Assembly: GCA_964016885.1 (NCBI GenBank)
Contig: OZ024743.1
Coordinates: 177,320,001 to 177,384,000, forward strand
From: Eledone cirrhosa
Taxonomy: Eukaryota
Reading direction: 5' to 3'
DNA: 64,000 nucleotides
The translations under genes were made by a program, and so were the position numbers. The notes below the pieces were generated by a model. That model was not told where the DNA came from. It saw only the letters and a list, made by a program, of their open reading frames with translations, and did not search any database. Shown here piece after piece: positions 1 through 12,800 of the stretch; the stretch's first letter is position 1; the number at the start of each line of letters is the position of its first letter.

Positions 1-3000
1 GAAAGTGGGATTCATGTGGAGAATATTTTGCATATTGTCAGATGTTAAGAAAGTGGGATGCATGTGGAGAATGTTTTCCATGTTGTCAGATCTGATGAAA
101 GTGGGATTCATGTGGAGAATGTTTTCCATATTGTCAGATCTTATGAGAGTGGGATTCATGTGGAGAATGTTTTGCATATTGTCAGATCTTATGAAAGTGG
201 GATTCATGTGGAGAATGTTTTGCATATTATCAGATGTTATGAAAGTGGCATTCATGTGGAGAATGTTTTCCATATTGTCAGATCTTATGAAAGTGGGATT
301 CATGTGTAGAATGTTTTGCTTATTGTCAGATGTTATGAAAGTGGGATTGATGTGGAGAATGCTTTGCATATTGTCAGATGTTATGAAAGTTGGATTCATG
401 TGGAGAATGTTTTCCATATTGTCAGATGTTATGAAGGTGGGATTGATGTGGAGAATGTTTTGCATATTGTCATATATTATGAAAGTGGGATTCATGTGGA
501 GAATGTTTTGCATATTGTCAGATCTTATGAAAGTGGGATTCATGTGGAGAATGATTTCCATATTGTCAGATCTTATGAAAGTGGGATTCATGTGGAAAAT
601 GTTTTACATATTGTCAGATGTTATGAAAGTGGGATTCATGTGGAGAATGAGTTCCATATTGTCAGATGTTATGAAAGTGGGATTAATGTGGAGAATGTTT
701 TGCATATTGTCAGATGTTATGAAAGAGGGATTCACGTGGAGAATGTTTTCCATATTGTCAGATGTTATGAAAGTGGGATTGATGTGGAGAATGTTTTGCA
801 TATTGTCAGATGTTATGAAAGTGGGATTCATGTGGAGAATGTTTTCCATATTGTCAGATGTTATGAAGGTGGGATTGATGTGGAGAATGTTCTGCATATT
901 GTCAGATGTTATGAAAGTGGGATTCATGTGGAGAAAGATTTCCATATTGTCATATCTTATGAAAGTGGGATTCATGTGGAGAATGTTTTCCATATTGTCA
1001 GATGTTATGAAAGTGGGATTCATGTGGAAAATGTTTTCCATATTGTCAGATGTTATGAAAGTGGGATTCATGTGGAGAATGTTTTCCATATTGTCAGATG
1101 TTATGAAAGTGGGATTCACGTGGAGAATGTTTTCCATATTGTCAGATCTTATGAAAGTGGGATTCATGTGGAGAATGTTTTCCATATTGTCAGATGTTAT
1201 GAAAGTGGGATTCATGTGGAGAATGTTTTCCATATTGTCAGATCTTATGAAAGTGGGATTCATGTGGAGAATGTTTTGCATATTATCAGATGTTATGAAA
1301 GTGGCATTCATGTGGAGAATGTTTTCCATATTGTCAGATCTTATGAAAGTGGGATTCATGTGTAGAATGTTTTGCTTATTGTCAGATGTTATGAAAGTGG
1401 GATTCATGTGGAGAATGTTTTCCATATTGTCAGATCTTATGAAAGTGGGATTCATGTGAAGAATGTTTTGCATATTGTCAGATGTTATGAAACTGGGATT
1501 CATGTGGAGAATGTTTTCCATATTGTCAGATCTTATGAAAGTGGGATTCATGTGGAGAATGTTTTGCATATTGTCAGATGTTATGAAAGTGGGATTCATG
1601 TGGAGAAGGTTTTCCATATTGTCAGATCTTATGAAAGTGGGATTCATGTGGAGAATATTTTGCATATTGTCAGATGTTAAGAAAGTTGGATGCATGTGGA
1701 GAATGTTTTCCATCTTGTCAGATCTGATGAAAGTGGGATTCATGTGGAGAATGTTTTCCATATTGTCAGATCTTATGAGAGTGGGATTCATGTGGAGAAT
1801 GTTTTGCATATTGTCAGATGTTATGAAAGTGGGATTCATGTGGAGAATGTTTTCCATATTGTCAGATCTTATGAAAGTGGGATTCATGTGGAGAATGATT
1901 TCCATATTGTCAAATGTTATGAATGTGGGATTGATGTGGAGAATGTTTTCCATATTTTCAGATCTTATGAAAGTGGGATTAATGTGGAGAATGTTTTACA
2001 TATTGTCAGATGTTATGAGAGTGGGATTTATGTGGAGAATGTTTTACATATTGTCAGATGTTATGAAAGTGGGATTGATGTGGAGAATGTTTTGCATATT
2101 GTTAGATGTTATGAAAGTGGGATTCATGTGGAGAATGTTTTCCATATGGTCAGATATTATGAAAGTGGGATTCATGTGGAGAATGTTTTCCATATTGTCA
2201 GATGTTATGAAAGTGGGATTGATGTGGAGAATGTCTTGCATATTGTCAGATGTTATGAAAGTGGGATTGATGTGGAGAATGCTTTGCATATTCTCAGATG
2301 TTATGAAAGTTGGATTCATGTGGAGAATGTTTTCCATATTGTCAGATGTTATGAAGGTGGGATTGATGTGGAGAATGTTTTGCATATTGTCATATCTTAT
2401 GAAAGTGGGATTCATGTGGAGAATGTTTTGCATATTGTCAGATCTTATGAAAGTGGGATTCATGTGGAAAATGTTTTACATATTGTCAGATGTTATGAAA
2501 GTGGGATTCATGTGGAGAATGAGTTCCATATTGTCAGATGTTATGAAAGTGGGATTAATGTGGAGAATGTTTTGCATATTGTCAGATGTTATGAAAGAGG
2601 GATTCACGTGGAGAATGTTTTCCATATTGTCAGATGTTATGAAAGTGGGATTGATGTGGAGAATGTTTTGCATATTGTCAGATGTTATGTAAGTGGGATT
2701 CATGTGGAGAATGTTTTCCATATTGTCAGATGTTATGAAGGTGGGATTGATGTGGAGAATGTTCTGCATATTGTCAGATGTTATGAAAGTGGGATTCATG
2801 TGGAGAAAGATTTCCATATTGTCATATCTTATGAAAGTGGGATTCATGTGGAGAATGTTTTCCATATTGTCAGATGTTATGAAAGTGGGATTGATGTGGA
2901 AAATGTTTTCCATATTGTCAGATGTTATGAAAGTGGGATTCATGTGGAGAATGTTTTCCATATTGTCAGATCTTATGAAAGTGGGATTCATGTGGAGAAT

Positions 3001-6000
3001 GTTTTCCATATTGTCAGATGTTATGAAAGTGGGATTCACGTGGAGAATGTTTTCCATATTGTCAGATCTTATGAAAGTGGGATTCATGTGGAGAATGTTT
3101 TCCATATTGTCAGATGTTATGAAAGTGGGATTCATGTGGAGAATGTTTTCCATATTGTCAGATCTTATGAAAGTGGGATTCATGTGGAGAATGTTTTGCA
3201 TATTATCAGATGTTATGAAAGTGGCATTCATGTGGAGAATGTTTTCCATATTGTCAGATCTTATGAAAGTGGGATTCATGTGTAGAATGTTTTGCTTATT
3301 GTCAGATGTTATGAAAGTGGGATTCATGTGGAGAATGTTTTCCATATTGTCAGATCTTATGAAAGTGGGATTCATGTGAAGAATGTTTTGCATATTGTCA
3401 GATGTTATGAAAGTGGGATTCATGTGGAGAATGTTTTCCATATTGTCAGATCTTATGAAAGTGGGATTCATGTGGAGAATGTTTTGCATATTGTCAGATG
3501 TTATGAAAGTGGGATTCATGTGGAGAAGGTTTTCCATATTGTCAGATCTTATGAAAGTGGGATTCATGTGGAGAATATTTTGCATATTGTCAGATGTTAA
3601 GAAAGTGGGATGCATGTGGAGAATGTTTTCCATGTTGTCAGATCTGATGAAAGTGGGATTCATGTGGAGAATGTTTTCCATATTGTCAGATCTTATGAGA
3701 GTGGGATTCATGTGGAGAATGTTTTGCATATTGTCAGATCTTATGAAAGTGGGATTCATGTGGAGAATGTTTTGCATATTATCAGATGTTATGAAAGTGG
3801 CATTCATGTGGAGAATGTTTTCCATATTGTCAGATCTTATGAAAGTGGGATTCATGTGTAGAATGTTTTGCTTATTGTCAGATGTTATGAAAGTGGGATT
3901 GATGTGGAGAATGCTTTGCATATTGTCAGATGTTATGAAAGTTGGATTCATGTGGAGAATGTTTTCCATATTGTCAGATGTTATGAAGGTGGGATTGATG
4001 TGGAGAATGTTTTGCATATTGTCATATATTATGAAAGTGGGATTCATGTGGAGAATGTTTTGCATATTGTCAGATCTTATGAAAGTGGGATTCATGTGGA
4101 GAATGATTTCCATATTGTCAGATCTTATGAAAGTGGGATTCATGTGGAAAATGTTTTACATATTGTCAGATGTTATGAAAGTGGGATTCATGTGGAGAAT
4201 GAGTTCCATATTGTCAGATGTTATGAAAGTGGGATTAATGTGGAGAATGTTTTGCATATTGTCAGATGTTATGAAAGAGGGATTCACGTGGAGAATGTTT
4301 TCCATATTGTCAGATGTTATGAAAGTGGGATTGATGTGGAGAATGTTTTGCATATTGTCAGATGTTATGAAAGTGGGATTCATGTGGAGAATGTTTTCCA
4401 TATTGTCAGATGTTATGAAGGTGGGATTGATGTGGAGAATGTTCTGCATATTGTCAGATGTTATGAAAGTGGGATTCATGTGGAGAAAGATTTCCATATT
4501 GTCATATCTTATGAAAGTGGGATTCATGTGGAGAATGTTTTCCATATTGTCAGATGTTATGAAAGTGGGATTCATGTGGAAAATGTTTTCCATATTGTCA
4601 GATGTTATGAAAGTGGGATTCATGTGGAGAATGTTTTCCATATTGTCAGATGTTATGAAAGTGGGATTCACGTGGAGAATGTTTTCCATATTGTCAGATC
4701 TTATGAAAGTGGGATTCATGTGGAGAATGTTTTCCATATTGTCAGATGTTATGAAAGTGGGATTCATGTGGAGAATGTTTTCCATATTGTCAGATCTTAT
4801 GAAAGTGGGATTCATGTGGAGAATGTTTTGCATATTATCAGATGTTATGAAAGTGGCATTCATGTGGAGAATGTTTTCCATATTGTCAGATCTTATGAAA
4901 GTGGGATTCATGTGTAGAATGTTTTGCTTATTATCAGATGTTATGAAAGTGGGATTCATGTGGAGAATGTTTTCCATATTGTCAGATCTTATGAAAGTGG
5001 GATTCATGTGAAGAATGTTTTGCATATTGTCAGATGTTATGAAACTGGGATTCATGTGGAGAATGTTTTCCATATTGTCAGATCTTATGAAAGTGGGATT
5101 CATGTGGAGAATGTTTTGCATATTGTCAGATGTTATGAAAGTGGGATTCATGTGGAGAAGGTTTTCCATATTGTCAGATCTTATGAAAGTGGGATTCATG
5201 TGGAGAATATTTTGCATATTGTCAGATGTTAAGAAAGTTGGATGCATGTGGAGAATGTTTTCCATCTTGTCAGATCTGATGAAAGTGGGATTCATGTGGA
5301 GAATGTTTTCCATATTGTCAGATCTTATGAGAGTGGGATTCATGTGGAGAATGTTTTGCATATTGTCAGATGTTATGAAAGTGGGATTCATGTGGAGAAT
5401 GTTTTCCATATTGTCAGATCTTATGAAAGTGGGATTCATGTGGAGAATGATTTCCATATTGTCAAATGTTATGAATGTGGGATTGATGTGGAGAATGTTT
5501 TCCATATTTTCAGATCTTATGAAAGTGGGATTAATGTGGAGAATGTTTTACATATTGTCAGATGTTATGAGAGTGGGATTTATGTGGAGAATGTTTTACA
5601 TATTGTCAGATGTTATGAAAGTGGGATTGATGTGGAGAATGTTTTGCATATTGTTAGATGTTATGAAAGTGGGATTCATGTGGAGAATGTTTTCCATATG
5701 GTCAGATATTATGAAAGTGGGATTCATGTGGAGAATGTTTTCCATATTGTCAGATGTTATGAAAGTGGGATTGATGTGGAGAATGTCTTGCATATTGTCA
5801 GATGTTATGAAAGTGGGATTGATGTGGAGAATGCTTTGCATATTCTCAGATGTTATGAAAGTTGGATTCATGTGGAGAATGTTTTCCATATTGTCAGATG
5901 TTATGAAGGTGGGATTGATGTGGAGAATGTTTTGCATATTGTCATATCTTATGAAAGTGGGATTCATGTGGAGAATGTTTTGCATATTGTCAGATCTTAT

Positions 6001-6720
6001 GAAAGTGGGATTCATGTGGAAAATGTTTTACATATTGTCAGATGTTATGAAAGTGGGATTCATGTGGAGAATGAGTTCCATATTGTCAGATGTTATGAAA
6101 GTGGGATTAATGTGGAGAATGTTTTGCATATTGTCAGATGTTATGAAAGAGGGATTCACGTGGAGAATGTTTTCCATATTGTCAGATGTTATGAAAGTGG
6201 GATTGATGTGGAGAATGTTTTGCATATTGTCAGATGTTATGAAAGTGGGATTCATGTGGAGAATGTTTTCCATATTGTCAGATGTTATGAAGGTGGGATT
6301 GATGTGGAGAATGTTCTGCATATTGTCAGATGTTATGAAAGTGGGATTCATGTGGAGAAAGATTTCCATATTGTCATATCTTATGAAAGTGGGATTCATG
6401 TGGAGAATGTTTTCCATATTGTCAGATGTTATGAAAGTGGGATTCATGTGGAAAATGTTTTCCATATTGTCAGATGTTATGAAAGTGGGATTCATGTGGA
6501 GAATGTTTTCCATATTGTCAGATCTTATGAAAGTGGGATTCATGTGGAGAATGTTTTCCATATTGTCAGATGTTATGAAAGTGGGATTCACGTGGAGAAT
6601 GTTTTCCATATTGTCAGATCTTATGAAAGTGGGATTCATGTGGAGAATGTTTTCCATATTGTCAGATGTTATGAAAGTGGGATTCATGTGGAGAATGTTT
6701 TCCATATTGTCAGATCTTAT
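1..6720. repeat. Block duplication, offset 3552 bp (74 monomers): 1-3168 repeated at 3553-6720
   Basis: Rare variants recur at +3552 (aactggg ~1491/5043; catcttg ~1711/5263; ttctcag ~2291/5843). ORF coordinates pair up (58/3610, 316/3868, 604/4156, 1690/5242, 2044/5596). Only a few differences seen (e.g. gtaagt at 2689). Confidence 0.92.
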
Positions 6721-9300
6721 GAAAGTGGGATTCATGTGGAGAATGATTTCCATATTGTCAAATGTTATGAATGTGGGATTGATGTGGAGAATGTTTTCCA
6801 TATTTTCAGATCTTATGAAAGTGGGATTAATGTGGAGAATGTTTTACATATTGTCAGATGTTATGAAAGTGGGATTTATGTGGAGAATGTTTTACATATT
6901 GTCAGATGTTATGAAAGTGGGATTGATGTGGAGAATGTTTTGCATATTGTTAGATGTTATGAAAGTGGGATTCATGTGGAGAATGTTTTCCATATTGTCA
7001 GATCTTATGAAAGTGGGATTCATGTGGAGAATGTTTTGCATATTGTCAGATCTTATGAAAGTGGGATTCATGTGGAGAATGATTTCCATATTGTCAGATC
7101 TTATGAAAGTGGGATTCATGTGGAAAATGTTTTACATATTGTCAGATGTTATGAAGGTGGGATTCATGTGGAGAATGAGTTCCGTATTGTAGGATGTTAT
7201 GAAAGTGGGATTAATGTGGAGAATGTTTTGCATATTATCAGATGTTATGAAAGAGGGATTCACGTGGAGAATGTTTTCCATATTGTCAGATGTTATGAAA
7301 GTGGGATTCATGTGAAGAATGTTTTGCATATTGTCAGATGTTATGAAAGTGGGATTCATGTGGAGAATGTTTTCCATATTGTCAGATCTTATGAAAGTGG
7401 GATTCATGTGGAGAATGTTTTGCATATTGTCAGATGTTATGAAAGTGGGATTCATGTGGAGAAGGTTTTACATATTGTCAGATGTTATGAAAGTGGGATT
7501 GATGTGGAGAATGTTTTGCATATTGTTAGATGTTATGAAAGTGGGATTCATGTGGAGAATGTTTTCCATATGGTCAGATATTATGAAAGTGGGATTCATG
7601 TGGAGAATGTTTTCCATATTGTCAGATGTTATGAAAGTGGGATTGATGTGGAGAATGTCTTGCATATTGTCAGATGTTATGAAAGTGGGATTGATGTGGA
7701 GAATGCTTTGCATATTGTCAGATGTTATGAAAGTTGGATTCATGTGGAGAATGTTTTCCATATTGTCAGATGTTATGAAGGTTGGATTGATGTGGAGAAT
7801 GTTTTGCATATTGTCATATCTTATGAAAGTGGGATTCATGTGGAGAATGTTTTGCATATTGTCAGATCTTATGAAAGTGGGATTCATGTGGAGAATGATT
7901 TCCATATTGTCAGATCTTATGAAAGTGGGATTCATGTGGAAAATGTTTTACATATTGTCAGATGTTATGAAAGTGGGATTCATGTGGAGAATGAGTTCCA
8001 TATTGTCAGATGTTATGAAAGTGGGATTAATGTGGAGAATGTTTTGCATATTGTCAGATGTTATGAAAGAGGGATTCACGTGGAGAATGTTTTCCATATT
8101 GTCAGATGTTATGAAAGTGGGATTGATGTGGAGAATGTTTTGCATATTGTCAGATGTTATGAAAGTGGGATTCATGTGGAGAATGTTTTCCATATTGTCA
8201 GATGTTATGAAGGTGGGATTGATGTGGAGAATGTTCTGCATATTGTCAGATGTTATGAAAGTGGGATTCATGTGGAGAAAGATTTCCATATTGTCATATC
8301 TTATGAAAGTGGGATTCATGTGGAGAATGTTTTCCATATTGTCAGATGTTATGAAAGTGGGATTCATGTGGAAAATGTTTTCCATATTGTCAGATGTTAT
8401 GAAAGTGGGATTCATGTGGAGAATGTTTTCCATATTGTCAGATCTTATGAAAGTGGGATTCATGTGGAGAATGTTTTCCATATTGTCAGATGTTATGAAA
8501 GTGGGATTCACGTGGAGAATGTTTTCCATATTGTCAGATCTTATGAAAGTGGGATTCATGTGGAGAATGTTTTCCATATTGTCAGATGTTATGAAAGTGG
8601 GATTCATGTGGAGAATGTTTTCCATATTGTCAGATCTTATGAAAGTGGGATTCATGTGGAGAATGATTTCCATATTGTCAAATGTTATGAATGTGGGATT
8701 GATGTGGAGAATGTTTTCCATATTTTCAGATCTTATGAAAGTGGGATTAATGTGGAGAATGTTTTACATATTGTCAGATGTTATGAAAGTGGGATTTATG
8801 TGGAGAATGTTTTACATATTGTCAGATGTTATGAAAGTGGGATTGATGTGGAGAATGTTTTGCATATTGTTAGATGTTATGAAAGTGGGATTCATGTGGA
8901 GAATGTTTTCCATATTGTCAGATCTTATGAAAGTGGGATTCATGTGGAGAATGTTTTGCATATTGTCAGATCTTATGAAAGTGGGATTCATGTGGAGAAT
9001 GATTTCCATATTGTCAGATCTTATGAAAGTGGGATTCATGTGGAAAATGTTTTACAAATTGTCAGATGTTATGAAGGTGGGATTCATGTGGAGAATGAGT
9101 TCCATATTGTCAGATGTTATGAAAGTGGGATTAATGTGGAGAATGTTTTGCATATTGTCAGATGTTATGAAAGAGGGATTCACGTGGAGAATGTTTTCCA
9201 TATTGTCAGATGTTATGAAAGTGGGATTGATGTGGAGAATGTTTTGCATATTGTCAGATGTTATGAAAGTGGGATTCATGTGGAGAATGTTTTCCATATT
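6001..9300. repeat. Block duplication, offset 1920 bp (40 monomers): about 6001-7300 repeated at about 7921-9220
   Basis: Identical minus-strand ORFs at 6028/7948 and 6892/8812; same order of variant monomers. Boundaries approximate. Confidence 0.8.
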
Positions 9301-9840
9301 GTCAGATGTTATGAAGGTGGGATTGATGTGGAGAATGTTCTGCATATTGTCAGATGTTATGAAAGTGGGATTCATGTGGAGAAAGATTTCCATATTGTCA
9401 TATCTTATGAAAGTGGGATTCATGTGGAGAATGTTTTCCATATTGTCAGATGTTATGAAAGTGGGATTCATGTGGAAAATGTTTTCCATATTGTCAGATG
9501 TTATGAAAGTGGGATTCATGTGGAGAATGTTTTCCATATTGTCAGATCTTATGAAAGTGGGATTCATGTGGAGAATGTTTTTCATATTGTCAGATGTTAT
9601 GAAAGTGGGATTCATGTGGAGAATGTTTTCCATATTGTCAGATGTTATGAAAGTGGGATTCATGTGGAGAATGTTTTCCATATTGTCAGATCTTATGAAA
9701 GTGGGATTCATGTGGAGAATGTTTTGCATATTATCAGATGTTATGAAAGTGGCATTCATGTGGAGAATGTTTTCCATATTGTCAGATCTTATGAAAGAGG
9801 GATTCATGTGTAGAATGTTTTGCTTATTGTCAGATGTTAT

Positions 9841-12800
9841 GAAAGTGGGATTCATGTGGAGAATGTTTTCCATATTGTCAGATCTTATGAAAGTGGGATT
9901 CATGTGAAGAATGTTTTGCATATTGTCAGATGTTATGAAAGTGGGATTCATGTGGAGAATGTTTTCCATATTGTCAGATCTTATGAAAGTGGGATTCATG
10001 TGGAGAATATTTTGCATATTGTCAGATGTTAAGAAAGTGGGATGCATGTGGAGAATGTTTTCCATGTTGTCAGATCTGATCAAAGTGGGATTCATGTGGA
10101 GAATGTTTTCCATATTGTCAGATCTTATGAGAGTGGGATTCATGTGGAGAATGTTTTGCATATTGTCAGATGTTATGAAAGTGGGATTCATGTGGAGAAT
10201 GTTTTCCATATTGTCAGATCTTATGAAAGTGGGATTCATGTGGAGAATGATTTCCATATTGTCAAATGTTATGAATGTGGGATTGATGTGGAGAATGTTT
10301 TCCATATTTTCAGATCTTATGAAAGTGGGATTAATGTGGAGAATGTTTTACATATTGTCAGATGTTATGAAAGTGGGATTTATGTGGAGAATGTTTTACA
10401 TATTGTCAGATGTTATGAAAGTGGGATTGATGTGGAGAATGTTTTGCATATTGTTAGATGTTATGAAAGTGGGATTCATGTGGAGAATGTTTTCCATATG
10501 GTCAGATATTATGAAAGTGGGATTCATGTGGAGAATGTTTTCCATATTGTCAGATGTTATGAAAGTGGGATTGATGTGGAGAATGTCTTGCATATTGTCA
10601 GATGTTATGAAAGTGGGATTGATGTGGAGAATGCTTTGCATATTGTCAGATGTTATGAAAGTTGGATTCATGTGGAGAATGTTTTCCATATTGTCAGATG
10701 TTATGAAGGTGGGATTGATGTGGAGAATGTTTTGCATATTGTCATATCTTATGAAAGTGGGATTCATGTGGAGAATGTTTTGCATATTGTCAGATCTTAT
10801 GAAAGTGGGATTCATGTGGAGAATGATTTCCATATTGTCAGATCTTATGAAAGTGGGATTCATGTGGAAAATGTTTTACATATTGTCAGATGTTATGAAA
10901 GTGGGATTCATGTGGAGAATGAGTTCCATATTGTCAGATGTTATGAAAGTGGGATTAATGTGGAGAATGTTTTGCATATTGTCAGATGTTATGAAAGAGG
11001 GATTCACGTGGAGAATGTTTTCCATATTGTCAGATGTTATGAAAGTGGGATTGATGTGGAGAATGTTTTGCATATTGTCAGATGTTATGAAAGTGGGATT
11101 CATGTGGAGAATGTTTTCCATATTGTCAGATGTTATGAAGGTGGGATTGATGTGGAGAATGTTCTGCATATTGTCAGATGTTATGAAAGTGGGATTCATG
11201 TGGAGAAAGATTTCCATATTGTCATATCTTATGAAAGTGGGATTCATGTGGAGAATGTTTTCCATATTGTCAGATGTTATGAAAGTGGGATTCATGTGGA
11301 AAATGTTTTCCATATTGTCAGATGTTATGAAAGTGGGATTCATGTGGAGAATGTTTTCCATATTGTCAGATCTTATGAAAGTGGGATTCATGTGGAGAAT
11401 GTTTTCCATATTGTCAGATGTTATGAAAGTGGGATTCACGTGGAGAATGTTTTCCATATTGTCAGATCTTATGAAAGTGGGATTCATGTGGAGAATGTTT
11501 TCCATATTGTCAGATGTTATGAAAGTGGGATTCATGTGGAGAATGTTTTCCATATTGTCAGATCTTATGAAAGTGGGATTCATGTGGAGAATGATTTCCA
11601 TATTGTCAAATGTTATGAATGTGGGATTGATGTGGAGAATGTTTTCCATATTTTCAGATCTTATGAAAGTGGGATTAATGTGGAGAATGTTTTACATATT
11701 GTCAGATGTTATGAAAGTGGGATTTATGTGGAGAATGTTTTACATATTGTCAGATGTTATGAAAGTGGGATTGATGTGGAGAATGTTTTGCATATTGTTA
11801 GATGTTATGAAAGTGGGATTCATGTGGAGAATGTTTTCCATATTGTCAGATCTTATGAAAGTGGGATTCATGTGGAGAATGATTTCCATATTGTCAGATC
11901 TTATGAAAGTGGGATTCATGTGGAAAATGTTTTACATATTGTCAGATGTTATGAAGGTGGGATTCATGTGGAGAATGAGTTCCATATTGTCAGATGTTAT
12001 GAAAGTGGGATTAATGTGGAGAATGTTTTGCATATTGTCAGATGTTATGAAAGAGGGATTCACGTGGAGAATGTTTTCCATATTGTCAGATGTTATGAAA
12101 GTGGGATTGATGTGGAGAATGTTTTGCATATTGTCAGATGTTATGAAAGTGGGATTCATGTGGAGAATGTTTTCCATATTGTCAGATGTTATGAAGGTGG
12201 GATTGATGTGGAGAATGTTCTGCATATTGTCAGATGTTATGAAAGTGGGATTCATGTGGAGAAAGATTTCCATATTGTCATATCTTATGAAAGTGGGATT
12301 CATGTGGAGAATGTTTTCCATATTGTCAGATGTTATGAAAGTGGGATTCATGTGGAAAATGTTTTCCATATTGTCAGATGTTATGAAAGTGGGATTCATG
12401 TGGAGAATGTTTTCCATATTGTCAGATCTTATGAAAGTGGGATTCATGTGGAGAATGTTTTCCATATTGTCAGATGTTATGAAAGTGGGATTCACGTGGC
12501 GAATGTTTTCCATATTGTCAGATCTTATGAAAGTGGGATTCATGTGGAGAATGTTTTCCATATTGTCAGATGTTATGAAAGTGGGATTCATGTGGAGAAT
12601 GTTTTCCATATTGTCAGATCTTATGAAAGTGGGATTCATGTGGAGAATGTTTTGCATATTATCAGATGTTATGAAAGTGGCATTCATGTGGAGAATGTTT
12701 TCCATATTGTCAGATCTTATGAAAGAGGGATTCATGTGTAGAATGTTTTACTTATTGTCAGATGTTATGAAAGTGGGATTCATGTGGAGAATGTTTTCCA

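Noticed and set aside
884-893. Heat-shock-element-like AGAATGTTCT variant
   Set aside because: Only two nGAAn units, found in a minor variant limited to the left domain. The consensus reads GAATGTTT, and no third in-phase unit is present.
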